IMG/VR virus record: IMGVR_UViG_3300025270_000068
Span: 1-25,796 of that record
Strand: one strand, 5' to 3'
From: a virus
Lineage: Duplodnaviria > Caudoviricetes
DNA length: 25,796 nucleotides
A program made the translations under genes and the position numbers. Below, in pieces: positions 1 through 8,459 of this stretch. The notes under the pieces are model-generated. The model made no database searches. It had not been told where the DNA came from and saw nothing but the letters and a program-made list of their open reading frames with translations. Every line of letters begins with the position of its first letter. Within the stretch, counting starts at the first letter, position 1.

Positions 1-1718
1 GTGCGTCGTCCGGTCGAGGCCATACTGTGGTGCGCCCGGAGAAAAGATTCGTTGAGGACTGCATCTATCCGAGCCGCTGTCTGCGTATCAACGAGCCCTA
101 ACCCTTCAAGGACTTTCTGCGCCGCCAACATTCTGTTAGCCATGACCCGTCCAGAAAGAGCGAGTCGGTAGTCCAGATACCGCTGTGGGTCGGATGGAGG
201 CGGCACCAGGCCTTCTTTGGACAACCCTAGCCGCTCTTGGACGCCTCTATACCCAGGCCCCCCAAGCAAGTCCGCCTTTGCCACGTCTTGTTCTGCTTTA
301 TCGACAGAGGCCAAGAAATTGTCAACACTCTTCTTCTGGTTTGAAATCGTGACCGTTTCTACGAAGGTTGGTCCGGGTGGCCTGCGGTCTGCCATGGTTT
401 TTTCCCCAGCGGGACCCTTACGCACCGTCTCTTCAGCCATCTCGCCGGTTTTTTTGAACTTCTTGTAGCGTGCGACTCCGCCTTTACGTGCGCCTGTTCC
501 TGCTCTCGCCAAGAGTTTGGCGGCAGTTTCAGCGCCAATGCCACGCTGCATGAGTCTTTGAATGTGTTCTTCGGTGTCCGCAACCTCTCCCACCTCCAGC
601 GCCTGACGTTTCCACCACTGTATCGCCGGACGGAGTCCAGAGTCAGAGGCAAGTGAGGACTCTATCTGAGTTATCGTCTCCCGAATGCCGAGGGCACCAG
701 CCGGGGCAGCGGCACCAGTCTGGGTGGCGGCACCAGTCGGCGTACCAGGACCGGGGGTGGGTACTGGCGGTGTCGGGTCAGCAGCCTGAGTCGGCTTGGG
801 TCGGGCTGCGGGACGAGGTACTTGTGCCCCAAAGTCAGGACTCACGCGTGCGCCGGTTCCGGTCGGGACACCCCACGGTGCTGGCTGGGATACTCCAGGC
901 GCAGCAGCAGCCGCCGTCGAGGTGGTCCGGGTCCGTGGGTCAGGGGCACGAACATCTGGGGATGGATAACCACCAGTACGAAGCGGGTCGTCGGTGCGCC
1001 AAGCCGTGCCGGTGGTGCGGGTCCGTGGGTCACGGGGAGGAACGTCTACGGGTGGATAACCACCAGTGCGAAGTGGGTCATCGGTGCGCCAAGCCGTGCC
1101 GGTGGTGCGGGTACTCGGATGTGAAACATCCCCACCAGGCACCTTCCAGTCGTCCCACCCGCGCAGGATAGACGCTTGTGGCGTGGCGGCTGCGTTGACC
1201 CCGGTTGCAGAATAGCCAAAGGGACCCGCTCCAGAGACACCCCCGGCTGGCGTAGCGGCAGCACCCTTCGCACCACGCAGCCCACGCAACCCCCGGAGAA
1301 GACGACTGCCACCTCCAGCAGTCAGAACATCCGCAGCGCCAAACCCCATCTGCATCCCGCTGCCAGGTAAACCTTCAGACCGACGACTCGCACCCTCCGC
1401 GAGGTTCAACCCCCCGATGGCACCCAACCCAAGAGCCGCAGCCGTGCCAATGCCGGTCCCTACTGGGCCGAGCAACGATCCGACATAGGGAAGCAGTGGT
1501 GCCAGGGTGCCCGCAGCGAGTCCATACTGGGCCTTCTCCCAGGGTCCGCTCTGGAAGCGCCCATACTGGGCAATATCAGCCAGTCGCTTCAGCGCAGCGG
1601 GACTACGACGCGCCTGTTCGGCCTCTCGACGCACGCGATCACGTTCGCCTGGGGTTTTCGCACGAGCCAAGCGACGGTCTAATTCAATACCAGCCCAGTC
1701 TGACAGTGAAGGGGGCAT
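1..1718 (-). CDS. Large internal virion/DNA-ejection protein (3'-partial, >=572 aa; not in ORF track)
   Basis: Translated by hand: ATG at 1718 after RBS GGAGAG; frame open to the window edge (MPPSLSDWAGIELDRRLARAK...SMASTGRR). Has a Gly/Ala/Leu hydrophobic stretch (GLAAGTLAPLLPYVGSLLGPVGTGIGTAAALGLGAIGGL) and a Pro/Thr linker. Last in the ejection block. Confidence 0.75.
   Translation of the reverse strand, partial: MPPSLSDWAGIELDRRLARAKTPGERDRVRREAEQARRSPAALKRLADIAQYGRFQSGPWEKAQYGLAAGTLAPLLPYVGSLLGPVGTGIGTAAALGLGAIGGLNLAEGASRRSEGLPGSGMQMGFGAADVLTAGGGSRLLRGLRGLRGAKGAAATPAGGVSGAGPFGYSATGVNAAATPQASILRGWDDWKVPGGDVSHPSTRTTGTAWRTDDPLRTGGYPPVDVPPRDPRTRTTGTAWRTDDPLRTGGYPSPDVRAPDPRTRTTSTAAAAAPGVSQPAPWGVPTGTGARVSPDFGAQVPRPAARPKPTQAADPTPPVPTPGPGTPTGAATQTGAAAPAGALGIRETITQIESSLASDSGLRPAIQWWKRQALEVGEVADTEEHIQRLMQRGIGAETAAKLLARAGTGARKGGVARYKKFKKTGEMAEETVRKGPAGEKTMADRRPPGPTFVETVTISNQKKSVDNFLASVDKAEQDVAKADLLGGPGYRGVQERLGLSKEGLVPPPSDPQRYLDYRLALSGRVMANRMLAAQKVLEGLGLVDTQTAARIDAVLNESFLRAHHSMASTGRR
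921..1112. repeat. 90-bp in-frame tandem repeat (~2.1 copies)
   Basis: 921-1010 vs 1011-1100 differ at 11/90 positions. Encodes the 30-aa unit TRTTGTAWRTDDPLRTGGYP(P/S)xDVxxxDPR. Confidence 0.95.
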
Positions 1719-1726
1719 CGTCTCTC

Positions 1727-3928
1727 CTAATCCGGTCGTCCCTGCTCGATAGGATTGCCAATGACAAAGCCTCCTTTACCTGGATCTCTATCCTGTGGCG
1801 GGGGCTTCACTCTAAACCAGTCCATGATTTGTGCTTGCCGCTTGATATTCTTCTGCGCTTCCATTTCCAGATCCGCTATGAACGCCCGTAGCCTCTCGCT
1901 CTGTATCTGGGCATCTCCGGTCGCCCACCTCCCCTCCGGCGGTGTAAACTTCTCTAATTCATCATTGGCCTGACGCAGGGCGGCGGTAGTTTGCGCTAAA
2001 CTCCTCTCAAACGGGTCCAGTTCCTTCGCCAGTAGGTCCTCGTGGCTGATCGGTACAGGAATACGGAAAGCTCCGCCCAAGAGCCCCTCTTCTGACCTGC
2101 GATAAAAGACAGGGCCTTCCGGGGTCATTTCGGTCGTAACGCCTTGAGGCCCAGTATAGTCCTCGTCTCCAAACCCCCATCTTTCGCTAGGACTCACTTC
2201 TCGGACGGGGGTCGGGGGGTAAACACGATCTCTCCTGATATAGCCTCCCGCCGGACCCGTGACCTCTCCACGGCCTGGGATGTTATAAGTTTCCAGGCCT
2301 CCCACCGTGGCAGCGTCAACGGGGTCCTCTGAGACTGGTGGCCCAGCCGCTGGCGGGGAGACAGGACCGACCTCACCACTGGTCATTGCCTGAAACGCGG
2401 ATCCGATGATATCTGCATATGGCCCACCCGAGACGTAGTCGTCGTGGAGTTCTGGATGGAACGCGCCCATGGAGTCATAACGCCACTCGCCGGTGTTTTT
2501 GTCACGCGACAACATGAGGGACTCGGACGGGTTGCCATCCGCGCCATACTGGATCGCAAACGTCTCGGCTGGCGCGTTCAGGACCGTATTCAGGACTTGT
2601 CGTCGCTTGTACTGCTTAAATTCTGCATCTGAGAGTGGGCCTTGGGCGCGTTTAATGAGTTCTCGCGTTTCCGCATCAAGCACACCCTCCCGCTCGGCCA
2701 CCGAGTGGAGTATCCTCGCCTTCCCGAGTTTACCCGTCACCCTATCCAACTCTCCCTGCTGCTGGTAATTCAGTTGTATGCCGGCAGCTCGACTGTCGCG
2801 GAGATCCTGTGCTCGTTGTAGCGTCTCAAATTCGAGTCCCGTCGCTCGCGTGATGTCGTCTTGCAGTCGTTCGTTAAGCGCAGCCGCCTCCACCAGCGCC
2901 CTCTGCGCCACATCAAACTCGGCACGGCGTTGGTCAGACTCATATGCTAAATCAAGCTGGCCCTCGTAGAAGGCGAGTCGACCTGGCACGGTGGCGTTCT
3001 CCATGATCGCTGCTCGCTCCGCCTGCAACCCTGTCTGCATAGACCAGTTTTCTATTGTCCATTCTTGCTGTTTTTTCCAGTTTTCAAACGCATCAAAGCG
3101 TGTGGGATCGGCCTCCGTCTCCGCCAGCTCCCGGTCTATCTTGTCCTGCAAGTATTTGTTGTCCAACATTTCTTGCGTCGACCGCTCTCGGACCTGCTCC
3201 GCTGTCGCAAACTCACCAAGCATTTCCTGTCGCGCTCTTTCGCCTTCCTGTAACGCGGACTGCGTGACCTCCCATTGAGGCCCCCAGCCGTGAACGGTTG
3301 GCGCTACTTGCGTGTCCAGGGGCGTAAACGCCGGATCTGCTTGCACGGACGCTACGTCCTTCGCGGCAGTCCCCTCCAAGAGGTCAGGAGGCACACGTAG
3401 ATCGCCTCGACCAAACGGGATGCCAGGACCACGCGGCCCTGGGACGACTTGACTGACGACTGGTCCTGCGAGCGGGGCCGTCCCTGTCACTTGGAGACTG
3501 GGTAGTGAATCGAGCCTGTCTCTCTCGGTGAGGCCCATTTGTTCAGCCACGCTCCCAACGAGTGAGGGCGGAGCGAATGGAGCCAGTTGGCCGAGGTTCT
3601 GAATCACGCCTTGGATTCGCTCGCCTCTGTTTAGTAGACCTGGCGCAAGCGACTGTCGCAGCGTGTCCGGGTCGATATCTGGAAATGCGGCCACGAGGCT
3701 CGAAAGCTCACCCTCCATCTCCTCTGGAGTCGCTGCCGTCTGTCGCATTCTGTTCACGACTCTCTCTGACTCGTCCAGCCACGCGGTGCGAGCTTCGCGC
3801 TCGTCTCTCGCCTTGTCCCGCTCCTCCCGAGACTGGAGGTGATCCATGTATTGCATGGACTGCCACGCTGGCAGAAAGTTCTCCGCAAAGCCGGTGAGGG
3901 CGCGTCCCAATGCTCGTCGTTTTGCCAT
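1727..3928 (-). CDS. Internal virion/DNA-ejection protein, 733 aa
   Basis: Long ORF with predicted helical/coiled-coil E/R/Q-rich segments and Pro-rich linkers. Located in the ejection block. Confidence 0.65.
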   Translation of the reverse strand: MAKRRALGRALTGFAENFLPAWQSMQYMDHLQSREERDKARDEREARTAWLDESERVVNRMRQTAATPEEMEGELSSLVAAFPDIDPDTLRQSLAPGLLNRGERIQGVIQNLGQLAPFAPPSLVGSVAEQMGLTERDRLDSLPSLQVTGTAPLAGPVVSQVVPGPRGPGIPFGRGDLRVPPDLLEGTAAKDVASVQADPAFTPLDTQVAPTVHGWGPQWEVTQSALQEGERARQEMLGEFATAEQVRERSTQEMLDNKYLQDKIDRELAETEADPTRFDAFENWKKQQEWTIENWSMQTGLQAERAAIMENATVPGRLAFYEGQLDLAYESDQRRAEFDVAQRALVEAAALNERLQDDITRATGLEFETLQRAQDLRDSRAAGIQLNYQQQGELDRVTGKLGKARILHSVAEREGVLDAETRELIKRAQGPLSDAEFKQYKRRQVLNTVLNAPAETFAIQYGADGNPSESLMLSRDKNTGEWRYDSMGAFHPELHDDYVSGGPYADIIGSAFQAMTSGEVGPVSPPAAGPPVSEDPVDAATVGGLETYNIPGRGEVTGPAGGYIRRDRVYPPTPVREVSPSERWGFGDEDYTGPQGVTTEMTPEGPVFYRRSEEGLLGGAFRIPVPISHEDLLAKELDPFERSLAQTTAALRQANDELEKFTPPEGRWATGDAQIQSERLRAFIADLEMEAQKNIKRQAQIMDWFRVKPPPQDRDPGKGGFVIGNPIEQGRPD

Positions 3929-3937
3929 GATCTGGTC

Positions 3938-4231
3938 CTAACGGCCCTGGAGCCTTCGCATGAACGGGGAATAAGGCCCCCAGTTCGGCGGAGCCGCCCC
4001 ACTGCCACCCGGTGGGGGCGTGCGACTGGGCCTCCCTAACGCTCGACGGATATCAGGGGCGCGATTGGTCGCTGCTGGCGCTTGAGTTGCCATCGGCTGA
4101 CCGAGTCTCGACGGTCCCTGCGCGAGCGGGCGTTGCAGCCCTGGTTGCTGTCCCTGTTGCTGGGCCTGCCATCCAGCCATCCCCATCCGCGCTGCGCCAG
4201 TAAGCATCCGTCCGAGTAAGTCACCATTCAT
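3938..4231 (-). CDS. Small Pro/Gln/Arg-rich hypothetical protein, 97 aa
   Basis: ATGA overlap with the upstream gene and a GGAGG RBS. N-terminus resembles that of 1727..3928. Confidence 0.7.
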   Translation of the reverse strand: MNGDLLGRMLTGAARMGMAGWQAQQQGQQPGLQRPLAQGPSRLGQPMATQAPAATNRAPDIRRALGRPSRTPPPGGSGAAPPNWGPYSPFMRRLQGR

Positions 4232-4593
4232 ACGCGCCTCCGTCGTCGCACATCAAGTACGCCGCGTTCGCTGCCGGGTTGTCCCACGCCTGGAAATCGC
4301 GCCATGCCCACTGCCGCGCCCAGGTCCGCTACTTCCTCGGCCAAGGGCGGGAACTGCATCGGGTCCGCAATCGGCTGCGCGAGTCCTGGAGGGGCTGCGC
4401 CTCGACCGGGAGGACGCTGAGGACGCTGACGACGCTGAGTAGGTTGCGGTGGTCGCCCTGGTTGCTGCTGCACGCGCCTCGACGGAGGGCGTCTGGCTGT
4501 CTGACGTGGCGGGGTTCCCAGCGTGGGCGCGAGTTGCACCGGTCGCGCCGGGGTTGCCATGGGGCCTCCCAATGGTGGTATCCCGTAGGCCAT
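4228..4593 (-). CDS. Small Pro/Arg/Gln-rich hypothetical protein, 121 aa
   Basis: Fills the gap exactly; RBS GGAGGA before the ATG; low complexity with a basic C-terminus. Confidence 0.65.
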   Translation of the reverse strand: MAYGIPPLGGPMATPARPVQLAPTLGTPPRQTARRPPSRRVQQQPGRPPQPTQRRQRPQRPPGRGAAPPGLAQPIADPMQFPPLAEEVADLGAAVGMARFPGVGQPGSERGVLDVRRRRRV

Positions 4594-4596
4594 GAG

Positions 4597-6456
4597 TTAA
4601 TCCTCCACGTAGCCTTGTCCCGCCAACCCGGCGGCACGCATATACATTTCCAAGAGCGGCACAATCGCGCTGATGCGCCCTGTCTGAATGGCATCCAGTG
4701 TTTTCGCTCGGTCTAATCCGTAATTGGCGAGAAACTCATTCCAGGCCATGTTCCGGTCGAGCGCCTGAAGGGCCACATCACTCAGCATCTGCTGTCGATC
4801 ATTCAGGGTTTGCGCCGTTGCCAGCACATTGCGACTCTGCTCCTGCGACATGCCCGTTGCAAGGGTCATCGCGTTTTGCAATCGGTTCTCTCGACGGTCG
4901 GCCTGCTCGCGGGACATCCCGGTCGCCTGCTGGAGCGCCGTCATGTATTGATTCTGACGCAGCGCGGCTTCCTGCCCTGACATCGTCTGCGCCTGTTGCA
5001 GCGCGACCGACAGACGGGCGTCCCGAGACGCGACCTGTTGTTGGGCCTGCTGGGCACCCAGCGTCAATGCCTGTCCAAACCGTTCCTGCTCACGCTGGCG
5101 TCGAGCGAGTTCAATCTGCTGCGCGGCCTGGGTATACATGGGCGACAGCCGCTCCTCCAGTCGCTCCAGATACTCCCGACCCGCCCCGCTGCCGACTAAC
5201 CCCTGTTCCGCGAGGGCGGCTTGCCCTTGCGAGAGTTGGGCACGCCGCAACACATCCAGCGGGGTGCGAGCTGTTTCAATCTCCATCGCCTCACGTTGCG
5301 GATCCGACGGCAACGCCCCACCACTCGCGATCAGGTCTTGCAACTGGGCACTGACATCCTGCCCGAGTTGCGGGGTCGGGGCGGCTCCGCCGCTGCCGAT
5401 AATCTCGTCCAGCGTGTCCATCAACCCTTGCGTTTGGGCGGTGCGTGGCGTGGCTCCCTGTGCGCCAATGACGCGGCCTAATTCATCAGCAGCCTGTGTC
5501 CCGAGCGGGGAGACGGCCTCCGCCCCGGCACCGCGAGCCATGAGAATGTCTTGGAGCGATTGTTCGATGTTCCCGGCCAAGGGGGTCGGGGCAACGCCCC
5601 CGGTCGTTAACAGGGTCGCGAGATTCGCGTTCACCAGTTGCGAGAGGGGATCATCGCCCACCTGATAGGTGGCCTGCTCCGCGTAGGGTTCCGGCGTAAA
5701 CGGAATGTCCTCTGTGGTCTTCGCGATGTCACCCAACCACTCTGGGGGCAGATCCCAGTCGGGACGCACAATGTTGTCTGGGTCAGCACCTATCCCACTG
5801 ACAGACTGCACGCACTCAAACCCGTTCCACGTCCCGCCGCCCGCCTCACACGTTGCCTGATTTGTCGGCGTCTCATTTGTCGGGGTGGGCATCGGACCAG
5901 TCTCAGCTATCATCTCCATTGTGGGTGCAGGCGTTGGTGTAGGCGTTGGCGTGGGTGTAGGACTGCTGTATGCCGGTCCTCCGGGGACCCAGGGGAATTG
6001 CGCGTAGGGACCGGTCGAGGACAGGTCAAACCCCGTCCGCTGTCCTTGCGGATTGAGAATGTCGTAGTTCAGATTCCAGCCGGTATTTGCGGTGGACTGC
6101 GGATCAAACTGAAGCCCATAGCCTTGGCTCGCAAGAGCCGCCGGGTCACCGGGAGGCGCGTCAGGAATCGCACCAACTCCCTGCTGATACTGTAAGTCGT
6201 TGAACCGGTCGAGCGGGAGTGGGTCTTGTCCCTGTCCTTGTGCCCAGTCCTGATACTGGCCGTAGGCTCCGGGGATGTCGCCGGGACGGAAGTGCGTCGT
6301 CCACTCCGTACCAATGGGTGGCGGGACACCAGTCGGGTCCTGCGCGGACGTACCGGGCCAATCCTGTTCCCAGCCCTCCCAGTCGGGATAGTCTTCGTAG
6401 CCAACGATTTTACCGCTAGCTCCTGTGCTGCCGGACCAACCTGGAGTACGTGCCAT
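4597..6456 (-). CDS. Internal virion/DNA-ejection protein, 619 aa
   Basis: Disordered Pro/Gly N-half and Q/A-rich helical C-half with 22-aa repeats. Located after the GNAT and pilot-like genes. Confidence 0.65.
   Translation of the reverse strand: MARTPGWSGSTGASGKIVGYEDYPDWEGWEQDWPGTSAQDPTGVPPPIGTEWTTHFRPGDIPGAYGQYQDWAQGQGQDPLPLDRFNDLQYQQGVGAIPDAPPGDPAALASQGYGLQFDPQSTANTGWNLNYDILNPQGQRTGFDLSSTGPYAQFPWVPGGPAYSSPTPTPTPTPTPAPTMEMIAETGPMPTPTNETPTNQATCEAGGGTWNGFECVQSVSGIGADPDNIVRPDWDLPPEWLGDIAKTTEDIPFTPEPYAEQATYQVGDDPLSQLVNANLATLLTTGGVAPTPLAGNIEQSLQDILMARGAGAEAVSPLGTQAADELGRVIGAQGATPRTAQTQGLMDTLDEIIGSGGAAPTPQLGQDVSAQLQDLIASGGALPSDPQREAMEIETARTPLDVLRRAQLSQGQAALAEQGLVGSGAGREYLERLEERLSPMYTQAAQQIELARRQREQERFGQALTLGAQQAQQQVASRDARLSVALQQAQTMSGQEAALRQNQYMTALQQATGMSREQADRRENRLQNAMTLATGMSQEQSRNVLATAQTLNDRQQMLSDVALQALDRNMAWNEFLANYGLDRAKTLDAIQTGRISAIVPLLEMYMRAAGLAGQGYVED
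4828..5070 (-). repeat. Degenerate 22-aa (66-bp) helical repeats
   Basis: ALTLGAQQAQQQ / ALQQAQTMSGQE / ALQQATGMSREQ / AMTLATGMSQEQ, starting at 5070, 5004, 4938 and 4872. Confidence 0.8.
5921..5961 (-). repeat. (Pro-Thr)n linker
   Basis: PTPTPTPTPTPAPT encoded with varied codons. Confidence 0.85.
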
Positions 6457-6475
6457 AGTCAGGACTCCGTATTAA

Positions 6476-7267
6476 CTAAACACAGTCACCTATATCCTGG
6501 CTACAAGTCTGCGTAGCCGCGCACCAGTAACCGTTGCCATCGATACATCTCGTTTCCTCGTCTTTGCCATCGTCATCATCATTACCTGGTCCATTATCAA
6601 AGACGATGGGCACGCAGGTCTGCAGGTTTTCATCCCATCGTTCAGTCACTGGGTCGCAGCGGTATGCTGAATCTCCCGTCCCGTTGCCTCCCCCGTTTCC
6701 CGCCCCAGTAAACAGGTCGGTGCCCCCAGAACTCAGGTTCCCCATGGGATCGCGATGGACACCCAAGAGTTCCAGTGCGGCCTGGAGTTGCGGCATTCCA
6801 CCGCCGACTTCTGGCATCTGGGGGTCACCTTGCGAGACGGTTCCCCAGGCGGCCTTTTTCCCGACTCCCCCATATTGTCGATATTCTGGAGACAGCGGGC
6901 CTTTTCCGATATTCACACCCTGAAGTCCCATTAGATGCGGCTGCTGGAGGGCGGGATCAACGCCGGTTGTTCCAATCGGCATCGGCAGACCGCCCCCGCT
7001 ATACATGGGATTCGGCTGGGCAAACGCCCCCGGCAGCGTCACCGGTTGACGAGCGCGGCCAGCCGCAATCCCCATAACCTGCTCAATCGGCGCAAGGACC
7101 TGTCCGAGCAAGGTGGGGTCCAGAGACATGCGCGTGGGAGGAGCAGATCCCACGCCATATCCTTTGAGCTGGCCTTGGGCACCACTCCCCAAGGCTGACC
7201 CAACCGCGCCCATGCCGCCCATAAGGGCTGGAATTAACCACGGAGACGCGGTAACAGCTGCTCCCAT
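6476..7267 (-). CDS. Ejection/pilot protein (P22 gp7-like position), 263 aa, Cys-rich C-terminus
   Basis: Gly/Ala-rich hydrophobic N-terminus (LIPALMGGMGAVGSALGSG) directly after the GNAT gene; TAATG coupling. Confidence 0.6.
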   Translation of the reverse strand: MGAAVTASPWLIPALMGGMGAVGSALGSGAQGQLKGYGVGSAPPTRMSLDPTLLGQVLAPIEQVMGIAAGRARQPVTLPGAFAQPNPMYSGGGLPMPIGTTGVDPALQQPHLMGLQGVNIGKGPLSPEYRQYGGVGKKAAWGTVSQGDPQMPEVGGGMPQLQAALELLGVHRDPMGNLSSGGTDLFTGAGNGGGNGTGDSAYRCDPVTERWDENLQTCVPIVFDNGPGNDDDDGKDEETRCIDGNGYWCAATQTCSQDIGDCV

Positions 7268-7734
7268 TAGCGTAACTCCTTCACCATTGTGAGGACCGGC
7301 GACGGCACAAAGCCGAGTTTCTTCCCGAGCTTTACAGACGCTGGATGCGCGGCCAAGACATTCTGAAACACCAGACGCAGTCCCATTTTCTCCACTTCCG
7401 CCATCCCGGCCTTCCCGACACGCACCGCATAGCGCCGTTTCTTGGGCGTGAGATAGATATGCACACGCCCGACCTCCAGCGTGGGTGGGATGTCGGTGAC
7501 CATGACAAACCCAATCGGCTCGCCTTTCAGTTCAGCGATGAGCATCCGGGCCGTATACTGCTGCACCTGCTCAAAGAGCCGATTAAACTGTGTTATATAC
7601 TCCTGCTCTGACGGTAGTTCCACGCCAAAGAAGTGTTCGAGTCCTTCCCGGTCGTCACGATACCACTCGCTCAAACGTGGGTGGTCCTCGTTGCTCACCG
7701 ACCGCAGGGTCACAGGCACTGGGTGTTTGCTCAT
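7267..7734 (-). CDS. GNAT-family (RimJ/RimL-like) acetyltransferase-fold protein
   Basis: VTLRSVSNEDHPRLSEW, LIAELKGEPIGFV, IYLTPKKRR, HPASVKLGKKLGF motifs. Podoviruses commonly carry a GNAT-fold gene in front of the ejection genes. Confidence 0.85.
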   Translation of the reverse strand: MSKHPVPVTLRSVSNEDHPRLSEWYRDDREGLEHFFGVELPSEQEYITQFNRLFEQVQQYTARMLIAELKGEPIGFVMVTDIPPTLEVGRVHIYLTPKKRRYAVRVGKAGMAEVEKMGLRLVFQNVLAAHPASVKLGKKLGFVPSPVLTMVKELR

Positions 7735-8264
7735 TCAGACACCTGACACGTTATTGTCCCACGGATGTCGATGTTATTGGTGACACTCGACGGCCAGGTG
7801 GCGTGGTCGGTGCGATAGCAGTAGAGGGTGTCGGTCCCCTCGGTAGTGACATACCCTTCTGTCTCGACACTGCCGCGCACAATCAGCGGCCCCATATAGG
7901 TCGTCGCACTGGCCTTCATCCCGAGTGGCATCTTGATCCGCAGTTGTGTGCCCATCCCGGCACTGGTCGTTGTATCCTCCAGAAAGAAGTTCACGCTCAA
8001 CACACGTCCAATCTTGGTATAGCGATAGAGTTGCTGGTCCCCACTCGCTACGGTCCATGTGCCACTATTCGCTGTGAAGTTCCCGGCAGCAAACGCCACG
8101 TCCTGCCAGCCAAACATCTGCTCGATACTCAATAACCGACGGCGGCTATCCACAGACGCGAGATAGAGGGACCGCACGGCCTCTTCTGTTACCACGCCGG
8201 TTTCCTCACGCACTCGTGCAAAGTCGGGTGTCATGAAGTCGAGCGGGATATTACTGCGTGCCAT
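7731..8264 (-). CDS. Tail needle/knob-like structural protein, 177 aa
   Basis: Short N-terminal helix followed by a beta domain with RYTKIGRVLSVNF...LRIKMP, resembling fibre-tip domains. Located after the nozzle gene. Confidence 0.5.
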   Translation of the reverse strand: MARSNIPLDFMTPDFARVREETGVVTEEAVRSLYLASVDSRRRLLSIEQMFGWQDVAFAAGNFTANSGTWTVASGDQQLYRYTKIGRVLSVNFFLEDTTTSAGMGTQLRIKMPLGMKASATTYMGPLIVRGSVETEGYVTTEGTDTLYCYRTDHATWPSSVTNNIDIRGTITCQVSE

Positions 8265-8459
8265 CTACGCCTTCCGCATCTTCCCGAGTGTCTGGGCGAG
8301 GTTCGCCTGTCGCTTGGTGCGCGTAGACGCCTCAGACCCCGGCTTGAGCACGTCCTTCGCATATTCGGCGGTGCTTTCCCCAGCCGCTGCCGCTTTACGA
8401 CGGAACGCCCCCGGTCGTTTGATCGCCCCGGCAATCCAATGCTTGCGTCGTTGCGCCAT
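8265..8459 (-). CDS. Small basic phage protein, 64 aa (MAQRRKHWIAGAIKRPGAF...)
   Basis: Start reassigned to ATG 8459 (TGATG overlap). The WIxxAIKxPGA...RQANLAQTL pattern is recalled from small basic proteins of uncultured phages. Confidence 0.8.
   Translation of the reverse strand: MAQRRKHWIAGAIKRPGAFRRKAAAAGESTAEYAKDVLKPGSEASTRTKRQANLAQTLGKMRKA

Noticed and set aside
921-1112. 90-bp near-identical pair as a DGR template/variable repeat or a CRISPR array
   Set aside because: Mismatches are not adenine-specific (several are C/G), the copies are adjacent and in frame, there are no spacers, and no reverse transcriptase or cas gene is in the window.
1-1726. Apparent non-coding or recoded region at the left end
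   Set aside because: It is one open standard-code frame running off the window. TAA, TAG and TGA all serve as stops at tight gene junctions, so there is no sign of recoding.
7267-7734. GNAT gene as a toxin or resistance cargo
   Set aside because: Its position directly before the ejection genes is the usual podovirus arrangement, and no antitoxin partner is present.
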